64,000 nucleotides of DNA from Macrostomum lignano. Taxonomy: Eukaryota. The translations under genes and the position numbers were made by a program. The stretch spans positions 310,001-374,000 of the forward strand of contig NIVC01000530.1 in assembly GCA_002269645.1 (NCBI GenBank). Direction: 5' to 3'. The notes beneath the pieces were generated by a model. It saw only the letters and a list, made by a program, of their open reading frames with translations. It searched no databases and was not told the origin of the DNA. This document shows, one piece after another, positions 22,875 to 37,900 of the stretch; the stretch's first letter is position 1; each line of letters starts with the position of its first letter.

Positions 22875-24471
22875 AGTCGAGTCAGCCAACCACTACTGCG
22901 TGAACGGACAAACCCTAAGCATTGAACTGGACGATTTCTACCACCGAGACGAGACAATAATTCCTCAGGTTCTGGACTAGCCGAGGCACAAACTGATGAA
23001 GCCAAAGGATTGCAGATGGGAGATCCTACTGATGTCCTCGAATCCAGACCTGCAGTTTGTCCTCGAAGGATTGCACAGCAATGGTAGAAGCAGAGAGATC
23101 AGAGACAAATTCGACAGTAAAAATGCAAGCGCCAGTGTTGTTATGGACTCGAGAACGCGTATTGTTGCAGGCATGTTTCAGGTGCAGCCACTGAATAAGC
23201 GGTGAGTGGCGTAAGACACAAGAAAAATGTTTTGATGGAGAAAGAATTTAATGCAAGTTAACTAATTGATTTCAAACTCTTTCAATTTCAGCAAGCACTT
23301 CTCTCTCACAGCAAGTTGGGATCCTAGAACGCAAAAGCCGCAAGCAGAAAACTTAAGAATATTGTTACCACTGCCTAGATATTGTAGTCGGGACATGCTC
23401 AGCTTCAATGGGAGCTGCTATGCTGTGAGTACAGTTGAGCAAAATTTCACAGAGGTCATGTCCAGCATTGGAGGCGATGCTCAGCTGGCCAGCTTCTCCA
23501 GTCTTGCAGAGATCACTGAGTTCGTTGCTGCTAGTAAGTGCGACATGCATTAATACTGAAAGTTAATTTTAAAATGGTAAAAGCTAATCGGCACTGCTAT
23601 AATCAACCAGATTCCCTAAATCCTTGGCTAACTTGCAGATAACAAAAAGCTGCAGGAGTTCCCGTACAGACGGCCCCTGAGCCTGGGCCAGCCGGTCCGT
23701 CTCGGCATGCTTCTCAACCAATCCAGTGCGTCCGTGATGTCTGCGGTCCGGAGTGACAGTGGCTGTCGGCTGGAGTTGGTTTCAGGCAGCGGTGAATTCA
23801 GGTAAAGTTTGGCTCTGCCATTTTTAATAATAAATGCAAATTAATAACTTGAAGAAGTGATTAATAAAACTTTACTTTTTTACTTTTAAATGCATTTTAG
23901 TGCTTCTGGCGACAGAATAAAAGGTCCGTGCTTGTCTCTTAGGGTTACGAAGTCGAATAGAGTGGTGGTCGAGTTCAGCAACTGCAGCAGCCCGATGCTG
24001 TCGCTGCTGAGCTTCCCGGAAACTGCACGCTCCGTGCCGAGCTCAGCGCACTGCAGCAGCACCGGGATGGCAAATCTGATTGAGCGGCTGGTGAGCCGTT
24101 TATACAAAAATCCGTCAAGTCCAGCTGCTGATGAGGCTGCTACTCCGCCAAAAACAAAAGGACACTCGCCGTGGTGGGCTGTTCGCAGTTTTGCTTTTGT
24201 CGTGGTCGCTATCACCTTGTCGAGCTTAGCATTGGCAGTAGCTGTTTCGGTCTGGCGGAACTGCCGACAGCAGTCGCTGACGAAGTCAATTGACGCCGTG
24301 GAATCTGACAAGTACTCTGACGAGTCACTCATAAATAGTGAAGAAGCTGAGCAACAGACGGTCACTCTTGAAGCTGTAAACAACTCCGTGGACATGCGGA
24401 TCACAGATTGTTGTTTTGCTTTTGTCAGAATATGGCGAAAATTGTGTAATTTACATGTAAGTGACGTTTAA
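22875..24471 (+). pseudogene. Cluster gene C: paralog with premature stop in exon 2
   Basis: Exons 22875-23201, 23292-23533, 23639-23801 and 23901-24471 are phase-correct. In-frame TAG at 22978-22980 (GAG in the relic copy at ~49966). Signal exon not confidently found. Confidence 0.7.
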
Positions 24472-25973
24472 ATGGAAATAATTTTTAACTGACTTTGCAT
24501 AAATATTCAGCTATCCACTTATAACACAGTGGAAAAATCGATGCATATTCCCAGAATCGTACTTCAAAACTTACTATTTTTTAAGAAGCACGCTATCTGC
24601 CCACATGTACGGATGTACCTGATTTATATCTAGTCAATAAATTATTTAATCAATAGTTTCTATTTACAATATGCTCGTTCGTTTTCACAATTTTTAATTA
24701 CTTTATTATTTGTAAATAGTGTATATAAGTACAAAAAATATTACATCTGAAATGAAATTACCAGAAAAAACTGCCGAGAATTTTACCAGACTTTGGCATG
24801 CTTCAAAAGTACTTTTCTGTTGTCTGATCTCATTAGTGTACCTAACGCAATGCATAATGGCTTTTCGTGAATTCCAGAGTGATACAAATTATACTGAATG
24901 TACGAGCTACGAGCTACGTGCTTTATTTTCTTCATTTGAAGTGAGATTTAGATATATGGATTGACTATTAATTTCTCTTGACCTGTTGTCGAGTTTCATT
25001 TCATTATTTACTTTTAATCCTCTTAATACTAAAACTGGTGCGTTGTTTGTCTGTGTGTGTGTGTGTTTGTTGGATAACTCCTCCTAGAATACTTGCAAGT
25101 CAGCGTTGAAACTTATATGGGAAAACTGCAAATTTTCCGAGGATGGCTTTAGGCTATTTTAATCTTTCATTTTCAATTTTTAAGATCCCTAAAAAAGCAG
25201 AAAATGGCGGTCTTGACCTTTGATAATCTTAATTGTCCCCTCTTTCTGCTTGGAGCTGAAAATTTGCATCAATTTTAGTTATTGCGCCATAAAATTTTTC
25301 TATCTTGGCAGTGTATTTTCTCTCAAGTGGGGGGATGGTCGCGTTCTCAGTGGCTGCGTGTGTACACTTGAACCCTGGCTCACTGACTGACTTTATAGAC
25401 AATTGCGCAACTATTTGTGTTCTGTTTTTTAACAGGAAGCCCTGTGTATTTTTTGCACAGTGAAATTCAGTGCATTTTAATGCATAAACTTGCGAGCATC
25501 TTTAGCAGGCAGTGAACGTACACTCGATATTTCAATGCTTAAAATCAGAAAGTTTCAAACACTAACTGTTGCTCGAGTTTTGAACTTAGAGAGGAGAGAC
25601 TTATATTGCTGGAAAGATCTTGCTGCAATGAGTTCGGGGATATAAGTTTTTTTGCTTTAAATATGAAAATTAAATTCACAGCATTCAAGAAAAGATTTTC
25701 ATACTTTTAGCTTTCTGCAAAGATTGTGCTCATTTTGGAGTTCAATGGGGGTTCGACCGACCCCCCAATAGTTGGTGGGGGGGGGTTCAATTTCTAGCTG
25801 CACTGCGTATTGGAAGGGGGGTCGGTTGCTGTGTATTTGAGGGTTGATTTAGATTGCGCAATCTTTTTGTTAACTTTAACTGAGGCTGATACTGACTGCC
25901 TGAGAAATAAGTTGCGCAATTTAATTGGTTCAATGTTTTTACGGCGTCTTTCAACACGCAGCTGTGTGTAGCT

Positions 25974-28900
25974 CTAACCCTAACCCTAACCTTAACCAAT
26001 GAATTCTGAGAGCTGGGCTGTTTGACGTAGAAATTTCGATTTAGTCCAGTTTCACGGAGAGGATTTCTATTTCGCGGAGAATATTTCGATGGTGTTCAGT
26101 TTCACGGAGACGATTTCTGTTGCGCGGAGAGGTGTTGGAAAATGGGATTCCGCTGATGGAGTTCAGGGAATGGAATTCCGCTGATTGGAGTTCTTCCCCT
26201 TTCTTCTCCGAAGGAGGAGTTGGCCTCGTCTCTCTCTCTCTTAATACTAAAACTGGTGCGTTGTTTGTCTGTGTGTGTGTGTGTTTGTTGGATAACTCCT
26301 CCTAGAATACTTGCAAGTCAGCGTTGAAACTTATGTGGGAAAACTGCAAATTTTCCGAGGATGGCTTTAGGCTATTTTAATCTTTCATTTTCAATTTTTA
26401 AGATCCCTAAAAAAGCAGAAAATGGCGGTCTTGACCTTTGATAATCTTAATTGTCCCCTCTTTCTGCTTGGAGCTGAAAATTTGCATCAATTTTAGTTAT
26501 TGCGCCATAAAATTTTTCTATCTTGGCAGTGTATTTTCTCTCAAGTGGGGGGATGGTCGCGTTCTCAGTGGCTGCGTGTGTACACTTGAACCCTGGCTCA
26601 CTGACTGACTTTATAGACAATTGCGCAACTATTTGTGTTCTGTTTTTTAACAGGAAGCCCTGTGTATTTTTTGCACAGTGAAATTCAGTGCATTTTAATG
26701 CATAAACTTGCGAGCATCTTTAGCAGGCAGTGAACGTACACTCGATATTTCAATGCTTAAAATCAGAAAGTTTCAAACACTAACTGTTGCTCGAGTTTTG
26801 AACTTAGAGAGGAGAGACTTATATTGCTGGAAAGATCTTGCTGCAATGAGTTCGGGGATATAAGTTTTTTGCTTTAAATATGAAAATTAAATTCACAGCA
26901 TTCAAGAAAAGATTTTCATACTTTTAGCTTTCTGCAAAGATTGTGCTCATTTTGGAGTTCAATGGGGGTTCGACCGACCCCCCAATAGTTGGTGGGGGGG
27001 GTTCAATTTCTAGCTGCACTGCGTATTGGAAGGGGGTCGGTTGCTGTGTATTTGAGGGTTGATTTAGATTGCGCAATCTTTTTGTTAACTTTAACTGAGG
27101 CTGATACTGACTGCCTGAGAAATAAGTTGCGCAATTTAATTGGTTCAATGTTTTTACGGCGTCTTTCAACACGCAGCTGTGTGTAGCTCTAACCCTAACC
27201 CTAACCTTAACCAATGAATTCTGAGAGCTGGGCTGTTTGACGTAGAAATTTCGATTTAGTCCAGTTTCACGGAGAGGATTTCTATTTCGCGGAGAATATT
27301 TCGATGGTGTTCAGTTTCACGGAGACGATTTCTGTTGCGCGGAGAGGTGTTGGAAAATGGGATTCCGCTGATGGAGTTCAGGGAATGGAATTCCGCTGAT
27401 TGGAGTTCTTCCCCTTTCTTCTCCGAAGGAGGAGTTGGCCTCGTCTCTCTCTCTCTTAATACTAAAACTGGTGCGTTGTTTGTCTGTGTGTGTGTGTGTT
27501 TGTTGGATAACTCCTCCTAGAATACTTGCAAGTCAGCGTTGAAACTTATATGGGAAAACTGCAAATTTTCCGAGGATGGCTTTAGGCTATTTTAATCTTT
27601 CATTTTCAATTTTTAAGATCCCTAAAAAAGCAGAAAATGGCGGTCTTGACCTTTGATAATCTTAATTGTCCCCTCTTTCTGCTTGGAGCTGAAAATTTGC
27701 ATCAATTTTAGTGATTGCGCCATAAAATTTTTCTATCTTGGCAGTGTATTTTCTCTCAAGTGGGGGATGGTCGCGTTCTCAGTGGCTGCGTGTGTACACT
27801 TGAACCCTGGCTCACTGACTAACTTTATAGACAATTGCGCAACTATTTGTGTTCTGTTTTTTAACAGGAAGCCCTGTGTATTTTTTGCACAGTGAAATTC
27901 AGTGCATTTTAATGCATAAACTTGCGAGCATCTTTAGCAGGCAGTGAACGTACACTCGATATTTCAATGCTTAAAATCAGAAAGTTTCAAACACTAACTG
28001 TTGCTCGAGTTTTGAACTTAGAGAGGAGAGACTTATATTGCTGGAAAGATCTTGCTGCAATGAGTTCGGGGATATAAGTTTTTTGCTTTAAATATGAAAA
28101 TTAAATTCACAGCATTCAAGAAAAGATTTTCATACTTTTAGCTTTCTGCAAAGATTGTGCTCATTTTGGAGTTCAATGGGGGTTCGACCGACCCCCCAAT
28201 AGTTGGTGGGGGGGAGTTCAATTTCTAGCTGCACTGCGTATTGGAAGGGGGGTCGGTTGCTGTGTATTTGAGGGTTGATTTAGATTGCGCAATCTTTTTG
28301 TTAACTTTAACTGAGGCTGATACTGACTGCCTGAGAAATAAGTTGCGCAATTTAATTGGTTCAATGTTTTTACGGCGCCTTTCAACACGCAGCTGTCAAC
28401 CCTAACCCTAACCCTAACCAATGAATTCTGAGAGCTGGGCTATTTGACGTAGAAATTTCGATTTAGTCCAGTTTCACGGAGAGGATTTCTATTTCGCGGA
28501 GAATATTTCGATGGTGTTCAGTTTCACGGAGAGGATTTCGATTGTGTTCAGTTTCACGGAGACGATTTCTGTTGCGCGGAGAGGTGTTGGAAAATGGGAT
28601 TCCGCTGATGGAGTTCAGGGAATGGAATTCCGCTGATTGGAGTTCTTCCCCTTTCTTCTCCGAAGGAGGAGTTGGCCTCGTCTCTTAATACTAAAAGTGG
28701 TGCGTTGTTTGTCTGTATGTATGTCAGTTCGATAACTCCTCCTAGAATACTTGCAACTCAGCGTTGAAACTTATATGGGAAAACTGCAAATTTTCCGAGG
28801 ATGGCTTTAGGCTATTTTAATCTTTCATTTTCAATTTTTAAGATCCCTAAAAAAGCAGAAAATGGCGGTCTTGACCTTTGATAATCTTAATTGTCCCCTC

Positions 28901-31900
28901 TTTCTGCTTGGAGCTGAAAATTTGCATCAATTTTAGTGATTGCGCCATAAAATTTTTCTATCTTGGCAGTGTATTTTCTCTCAAGTGGGGGGATGGTCGC
29001 GTTCTCAGTGGCTGCGTGTGTACACTTGAACCCTGGCTCACTGACTGACTTTATAGACAATTGCGCAACTATTTGTGTTCTGTTTTTTAACAGGAAGCCC
29101 TGTGTATTTTTTGCACAGTGAAATTCAGTGCATTTTAATGCATAAACTTGCGAGCATCTTTAGCAGGCAGTGAACGTACACTCGATATTTCAATGCTTAA
29201 AATCAGAAAGTTTCAAACACTAACTGTTGCTCGAGTTTTGAACTTAGAGAGGAGAGACTTATATTGCTGGAAAGATCTTGCTGCAATGAGTTCGGGGATA
29301 TAAGTTTTTTGCTTTAAATATGAAAATTAAATTCACAGCATTCAAGAAAAGATTTTCATACTTTTAGCTTTCTGCAAAGATTGTGCTCATTTTGGAGTTC
29401 AATGGGGGTTCGACCGACCCCCCAATAGTTGGTGGGGGGGAGTTCAATTTCTAGCTGCACTGCGTATTGGAAGGGGGGTCGGTTGCTGTGTATTTGAGGG
29501 TTGATTTAGATTGCGCAATCTTTTTGTTAACTTTAACTGAGGCTGATACTGACTGCCTGAGAAATAAGTTGCGCAATTTAATTGGTTCAATGTTTTTACG
29601 GCGCCTTTCAACACGCAGCTGTCAACCCTAACCCTAACCCTAACCAATGAATTCTGAGAGCTGGGCTGTTTGACGTAGAAATTTCGATTTAGTCCAGTTT
29701 CACGGAGAGGATTTCTATTTCGCGGAGAATATTTCGATGGTGTTCAGTTTCACGGAGAGGATTTCGATAGTGTTCAGTTTCACGGAGACGATTTCTGTTG
29801 CGCGGAGAGGTGTTGGAAAATGGGATTCCGCTGATGGAGTTCAGGGAATGGAATTCCGCTGATTGGAGTTCTTCCCCTTTCTTCTCCGAAGGAGGAGTTG
29901 GCCTCGTTAATACTAAAGTTGGTGCGTTGTTTGTCTGTGTGTGTGTGTGTTTGTTGGATAACTCCTCCTAGAATACTTGCAAGTCAGCGTTGAAACTTAT
30001 ATGGGAAAACTGCAAATTTTCCGAGGATGGCTTTAGGCTATTTTAATCTTTCATTTTCAATTTTTAAGATCCCTAAAAAAGCAGAAAATGGCGGTCTTGA
30101 CCTTTGATAATCTTAATTGTCCCCTCTTTCTGCTTGGAGCTGAAAATTTGCATCAATTTTAGTGATTGCGCCATAAAATTTTTCTATCTTGGCAGTGTAT
30201 TTTCTCTCAAGTGGGGGGATGGTCGCGTTCTCAGTGGCTGCGTGTGTACACTTGAACCCTGGCTCACTGACTGACTTTATAGACAATTGCGCAACTATTT
30301 GTGTTCTGTTTTTTAACAGGAAGCCCTGTGTATTTTTTGCACAGTGAAATTCAGTGCATTTTAATGCATAAACTTGCGAGCATCTTTAGCAGGCAGTGAA
30401 CGTACACTCGATATTTCAATGCTTAAAATCAGAAAGTTTCAAACACTAACTGTTGCTCGAGTTTTGAACTTAGAGAGGAGAGACTTATATTGCTGGAAAG
30501 ATCTTGCTGCAATGAGTTCGGGGATATAAGTTTTTTGCTTTAAATATGAAAATTAAATTCACAGCATTCAAGAAAAGATTTTCATACTTTTAGCTTTCTG
30601 CAAAGATTGTGCTCATTTTGGAGTTCAATGGGGGTTCGACCGACCCCCCAATAGTTGGTGGGGGGGAGTTCAATTTCTAGCTGCACTGCGTATTGGAAGG
30701 GGGGTCGGTTGCTGTGTATTTGAGGGTTGATTTAGATTGCGCAATCTTTTTGTTAACTTTAACTGAGGCTGATACTGACTGCCTGAGAAATAAGTTGCGC
30801 AATTTAATTGGTTCAATGTTTTTACGGCGCCTTTCAACACGCAGCTGTCAACCCTAACCCTAACCCTAACCAATGAATTCTGAGAGCTGGGCTATTTGAC
30901 GTAGAAATTTCGATTTAGTCCAGTTTCACGGAGAGGATTTCTATTTCGCGGAGAATATTTCGATGGTGTTCAGTTTCACGGAGAGGATTTCGATAGTGTT
31001 CAGTTTCACGGAGACGATTTCTGTTGCGCGGAGAGGTGTTGGAAAATGGGATTCCGCTGATGGAGTTCAGGGAATGGAATTCCGCTGATTGGAGTTCTTC
31101 CCCTTTCTTCTCCGAAGGAGGAGTTGGCCTCGTTAATACTAAAGTTGGTGCGTTGTTTGTCTGTGTGTGTGTGTGTTTGTTGGATAACTCCTCCTAGAAT
31201 ACTTGCAAGTCAGCGTTGAAACTTATATGGGAAAACTGCAAATTTTCCGAGGATGGCTTTAGGCTATTTTAATCTTTCATTTTCAATTTTTAAGATCCCT
31301 AAAAAAGCAGAAAATGGCGGTCTTGACCTTTGATAATCTTAATTGTCCCCTCTTTCTGCTTGGAGCTGAAAATTTGCATCAATTTTAGTGATTGCGCCAT
31401 AAAATTTTTCTATCTTGGCAGTGTATTTTCTCTCAAGTGGGGGGATGGTCGCGTTCTCAGTGGCTGCGTGTGTACACTTGAACCCTGGCTCACTGACTGA
31501 CTTTATAGACAATTGCGCAACTATTTGTGTTCTGTTTTTTAACAGGAAGCCCTGTGTATTTTTTGCACAGTGAAATTCAGTGCATTTTAATGCATAAACT
31601 TGCGAGCATCTTTAGCAGGCAGTGAACGTACACTCGATATTTCAATGCTTAAAATCAGAAAGTTTCAAACACTAACTGTTGCTCGAGTTTTGAACTTAGA
31701 GAGGAGAGACTTATATTGCTGGAAAGATCTTGCTGCAATGAGTTCGGGGATATAAGTTTTTTGCTTTAAATATGAAAATTAAATTCACAGCATTCAAGAA
31801 AAGATTTTCATACTTTTAGCTTTCTGCAAAGATTGTGCTCATTTTGGAGTTCAATGGGGGTTCGACCGACCCCCCAATAGTTGGTGGGGGGAGTTCAATT

Positions 31901-34900
31901 TCTAGCTGCACTGCGTATTGGAAGGGGGGTCGGTTGCTGTGTATTTGAGGGTTGATTTAGATTGCGCAATCTTTTTGTTAACTTTAACTGAGGCTGATAC
32001 TGACTGCCTGAGAAATAAGTTGCGCAATTTAATTGGTTCAATGTTTTTACGGCGCCTTTCAACACGCAGCTGTCAACCCTAACCCTAACCCTAACCAATG
32101 AATTCTGAGAGCTGGGCTATTTGACGTAGAAATTTCGATTTAGTCCAGTTTCACGGAGAGGATTTCTATTTCGCGGAGAATATTTCGATGGTGTTCAGTT
32201 TCACGGAGAGGATTTCGATAGTGTTCAGTTTCACGGAGACGATTTCTGTTGCGCGGAGAGGTGTTGGAAAATGGGATTCCGCTGATGGAGTTCAGGGAAT
32301 GGAATTCCGCTGATTGGAGTTCTTCCCCTTTCTTCTCCGAAGGAGGAGTTGGCCTCGTCTCTATCTATCTATATATACTAAAGTTGACGTGTTGTTTGTC
32401 TGTCTGTCTGTGTGTGTGTGTGTCATTTCGACAACTCCTCCTTGAATAGTGGCAACTCAGCGTTGAAACTTATATGGGAAGATTGGAAATTATCCGAGGT
32501 CGGCTATAGGCTATTTTAATTCTGAAATTTTAATTTCTAAGATCCTCAAAAAAGCAGAAAACGGCGGTCTTGACCTTTGATAATCTTAATTGTCCCCTCT
32601 TTCTGCTTGGAGCTGAAAATTTGCATGAATTTCAAGTGATTGCGCCACAACTTTTCCCTATCTCTGCAGTGTATTTTCTCTCCAGTGGGGGGATGGGGCG
32701 TTCTAAATGGCTGCCTGTGTACAATCGGACCCTGGCTCACTGGCTGACTGTATAGACAATTGCGCAAAGATTTGTGTTCTAATTTTCAATAGGCAGCCCT
32801 GTGATTTTGTTGAACCTTGAAATTCAATGCATAAACTTGCGGGCCTCTTTAGCAGGCAGTGAACGTACAATCGATATTTCAATGCTTTAAATCAGAAAGT
32901 TTCAAACGCAAACTGTTGCTCGAGTTTTTAACTTTGAGAGAAAAAATTTATATTGCTGGAAAGAACTTGCAAAGCTGATTTCAGGGATATAAATTGTTTG
33001 CTTCAAATATGAAAACTAAAAGCTCTGCATTGCAAAAACTATTTCCATACTTTAAACTTTCTGCAAAGATTGTACTCATTTTGGCGAGAGGTGAGAGATA
33101 AAGTTGGGGGTTTCGACTTCTAACTGGCGCTGTGTATAGGAAGGGGGTCAGTTGCTTTGTATTGGAGGGTTGATTAGATTGCGCAAACTTTGTGTTAACT
33201 TTAACTGAGACTTATACTGACTAACACAGAAATATATTGCGCAATCAATTGATTCAATTGGTTAGCTTTTTTATTATCGGCCCTGTGTATTAGCTTGGCA
33301 GTGAAATTCAATGTACAAAATTTCGAGCCTCACAGGCAAGCAGTCAGGAAATCGGTAAATTTCAAACGCTAACTGCTCCTTGAGTTTTAAACTTTGAGAG
33401 GAGAGACTTATATTGCTGGAAAGATCTTGCAACGCTGAGTTTAGGGATATAAGTTGTTTGCTTTAAATATGAAAAGAAAAAGCACCGCATTTAAAAAACT
33501 ATTTCCATACTTTTAACTTTCTGCAAAAATTGTACTCAGTTTTGCGAGACGTAATAGATAAAGTTGGGGGAGGGTTCAACTTCTCACTGCTGCTGTGTAT
33601 TGGAGGGTTGATTTAGATTGTGCAATGTTTTTGTTAACTTTAACTGAGACTGATACTGACTGACTGTGAAATCGGTTGCGCAATGAATTGATTCAATTAG
33701 TTCAATAATTTTATCAGTGCCTTTTAACACGAAGCTGTGCGTAGTTCTAACCCTAACCCTAACCCTAACCCTAACCCTAATGAATCTGGCGAGTTGAGTT
33801 GTTTGACGGAAAAAATTCGATTAAGTCAAGTTTAGCGGAGACGATTTCAATGTTTAAATTCTGACGGAGAAGATTTCTGTTTCGTGGAGAGGATTTCGAT
33901 GGTGTTCAGTTTCACGAAAGGATTTCCATGGTGTTCAGTTTCACGGAGAGGATTTCGATCATGTTCAGCTTCACGGAGAGGCTTTCTGTTTCGCGGAGAT
34001 AATTTATGATTGATTTCTGTTTTATGGAAACAATTTTGATGGATTTAAGTTTCAAGGAGAGGATTTCGAAGGAGTCCAGTTTCACTGAGAGGATTTCGAT
34101 GGTTTTTAGTTGCACAGACAGGATTTTTGCTTCGCGGAGAGGATCTTGATGGATTTGGCATCTTCAATCAGTCAGAGAAGAGAGTAAAGAGAAGACTGAG
34201 AAGAGAAGAGAGAAGAGATGATAGAAAACAGAGTATAATTGAGTGGAGAGATTAGACATGACAGATTGGAGATGATAGGAGAGAGAATAAATGAGGGATA
34301 AGAGCGTACAGAGGCAATAGAAGAGAGGGGAGAGTAGAGGAGAAAGAAAGAGTGAGATGAGGAGATGAGGGATGAGAGAGCAGGGGAGAGAGGAGGGAGA
34401 AGAGAGATGGAAGATAGAGATGAGAGAGATAAAAGTGCAGAGAGAAGTAATTAGTGAGGAGAAAGAAGAGAGTAAAAATAAAAATCAGAGCGCAGGCCGC
34501 AAGAGTTGAGAGATGGGAGTTGATAGATTGTAGAGGATTTGGAGATGATTTGGAAGATGGGATTCAATTCATTGAATTTCAGCTGATAGGAGTTCTTCCC
34601 CTTCAGAATTCCGGTGATGGGAGTTCTTCCCCTTCAGAATTCCGGTGATGGGAGTTCTTCCCATTTCTCCTCCAGAGGAGGAGTTCCACTCTATATACTA
34701 AAGTTGACGCGTTGTTTGTCTGTCTGTCTGTCATTTCGACAACTCCTCCTTGAATAGTGCCAACTCAGCGTTGAAACTTATATGGGAAGATTGGAAATTA
34801 TCCGAGGTCGGCTATAGGCTATTTTAATTCTGAAATTTTAATTTCTAAGATCCTCAAAAAAGCAGAAAACTGATTTTTTGACCCCCAATAACCTTCTTTT

Positions 34901-37900
34901 GCCACTCTGCCTGGGGCTGCAGCCAGTTTGTAAAAATAGCCACCCCAACCTCCGCCCGCGGGCCGCTGTGTATTGAGGAGTGGTGGGTGCGCGTGTTCTG
35001 CGTTCAATGCAAATAAAACCCCCCGCGTGTTGGGGGTTGAGTTAAATTTCATGATTCCCCCAGAACGGGGGTAGGGCTTGGGCTGAGTGTACATAGCAGT
35101 TGTACAGTGTAAACAGATAGACTGTGTCGAGATTCAATTGGTTTTATTATCAGCTTGGCAATAAAATTCAATGAACAAACTTGCGAGCCTCTCTAGCAAG
35201 CAGTCGGGAAATCGGTAAATTTCAAACGCTAACTGTTCCTCGAGTTTTAAACTTTGAGAGGAGAAACTTATATTGCTGGAAAGATCTTGCAACGCAGAGT
35301 TCGAGGATATAAGTTGTTTGCTTTATATATGAAAACTAAAAGCTTTTCATTGGGAAAACTATTCCCATACTTTTAACTTTTTGGAAAAATTGTAATCAGT
35401 TTTGCGAGACGTAATAGATAAAGTTGGGGGAGGGTTCAACTTCTCACTGCTGCTGTGTATTGGAGGGTTGATTTAGATTGACTGACTGACTGTGAAATCA
35501 GTTGCGCAATGAATTGATTCAATTAGTTCAATATTTTTATCAGTGCCTTTTAACACAAACCTGTGCGTAGTTCTAACCCTAACCCTAACCCTAACCCTAA
35601 CCCTAACCAATGAATCCGGAGAGTTGAGTTGTTTGACGGAAAAAATTCGATTGAGTCCAGTTTAGCGGAGACGATTTCAATGTTTTAATTTTGACGAAGA
35701 GGATTTCTGTTTCGTGGAGAGGATTTCGATGGTGTTCAGTTTCGTGGAAAGGATTTCGATGATGTTCAGTTTCACAGAGAGGATTTCGATGATGTTCAGC
35801 TTCACGGAGAGGATTTCTGTTTCGCGGAGATAATTTATGATTGATTTCTGTTGTATGGAGACCATTTTGATGGATTTAAGTTTCAAGGAGAGGATTTCGA
35901 TGGTTTTCAGTTTCACGGAGAGGATTTCTGCTTCCGGAGAGGATCTTGATGGATTTGGCATCTTCAATCAGTCAGAGAAGAGAGTAAAGAGAAGAATGAA
36001 AAGAGAAGAGGGATGAGATGATAGAAAACATAGTAGAAATGAGTGGAGAGATTAGACATGACAGATGGGAGAGAAGAAGGGAGTAAGGCGGGAACGAAGG
36101 AGAGAGAAGAGAAGAGGAGAGAGGAGATGAAGGGAGAGGATATGAGAGAGGGGATATGAGATAGCAGAGAGGAGACAGGAGAGAGAAGAAAGGAGGGATA
36201 AGAGCGTACAGAGGCAATAGAAGAGAGGAAAGAGAGGAGAGTGGTGAGAGGTGAGAGAAGAGAGATGAAAGATCAGAGATCAGAGATTTAAGAGAAGAAA
36301 GTAGTGAGGAGAAAGAAGAGGGTAAAGATGAGAGTGCAGAGAGGAGAGAAACGAGAGGAGACAGGTGGTAGAAAGGAGTGTAAAAACAGCAGATAAGAAA
36401 GGGGAGGGTGAGAGTGAGAGCATATAGGAAAGTGTAAAAGGGGAGCAGAGGAGAGAGAATAGATAAGTGAGTAGAGAAGAGATATGAGAGAGGAAAGACG
36501 AGGGGAGAGAGGAGACAGGAGAGAGTAAATTTGAAAGACCTGGGAGAAGAGATAAATAAGATAGTACAGATGAGAGGAGAGAGAGAGGAGAGATGACAGA
36601 TGCAATGAGAAAAGAGATGAGTGAGAAAATAAGAGAGAGAAGAGATTAGAGATTAGAGAAGAGATGAGGGGAGATGAGAGGAGAGAAGAGAGAATGGAGA
36701 GGAGAGAAAAGAGAGGAGAGGAGACAGGTGATGCAGTAGAAAGGAGGGAAGAAAAATGGGAGATAAGAAAGGAGAGGTTGAGAGCGTATAAGAGATACGA
36801 GAAATGAGAGCAGAGAGAAAAGAGAAAAGGGAAGAGAGAAAGTAGAGCGGAGACGATAGATAAGTGATTAGAGATGAGATATGAGAGAGGAGAGAAAAGG
36901 GGAGAGATAAGAAAGAAGATAGGAGAGTAGACAGGAGAGGGAGAAGAGAAAGACGAAAGACGAGGGAGAAGAGATAAATAAGGGAGTAGAGATAAATAAG
37001 AGAGTAGGGGTAGAGATGAGATGAGAGAGAGTAGAGAGAAGCGAGTCACGATAATAGCGAAGAGAGGAGAGAGTAGATATGAGAGACGTAAGAGTCTTTG
37101 AGCTATGGTCTTTGAAAGGTTTGTAAAGAATTTGGAGACGATTTGGAAGATGGGATTCAAGACATGGAATTTCAGTTGATGGATAATTCAGGGAATGGAA
37201 TTCCGGTGATGGGAGTTCTTCCCCTTTCTCCTCCGAAGGAGGAGTTCCACTCGTCTCTTATCTTATATATACTAAAGTTGGTGCGTTGTTTGTCCGTGTG
37301 TGTGTGTGTTTGTTGGATAACTCCTCCTAGAATACTTGCAAGTCAGCGTTGAAACTTATGTGGGAAAACTGCAAATTTTCCGAGGATGGCTTTAGGCTAT
37401 TTTAATCTTTTATTTTTACATTTTAAGATCCCTAAAAAAGCAGAAAACGGCAATTCTGACCTTTGATAATCTTAATTGTACCCTCTTTCTGCTCGGAGCT
37501 GAAAATTTGCATGAATTTTGAGTGATTACGCCACAACTTTTTCCTATGTCGCCAGTGCATTTTCTCTCCTGTGGGGGAATGGGCGCGTTCTCATTGGCGG
37601 CGTGTGTACAATTGGACCCTGGCTCACTGGCTGACTTTATAGACAATTGCGCAACTATTTGTGTTCTGTTTTTTAACAGGAAGCCCTGTGTATTTTTTGC
37701 ACAGTGAAATTCAGTGCATTTTAATGCATAAACTTGCGAGCATCTTTAGCAGGCAGTGAACGTACACTCGATATTTCAATGCTTAAAATCAGAAAGTTTC
37801 AAACACTAACTGTTGCTCGAGTTTTGAACTTAGAGAGGAGAGACTTATATTGCTGGAAAGATCTTGCTGCGATGAGTTCGGGGATATAAGTTTTTTGCTT

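Noticed and set aside
33748-35610. True telomere or chromosome-fusion site
   Set aside because: The tracts are only 2-6 hexamers, all in one orientation, and embedded in repeat units.
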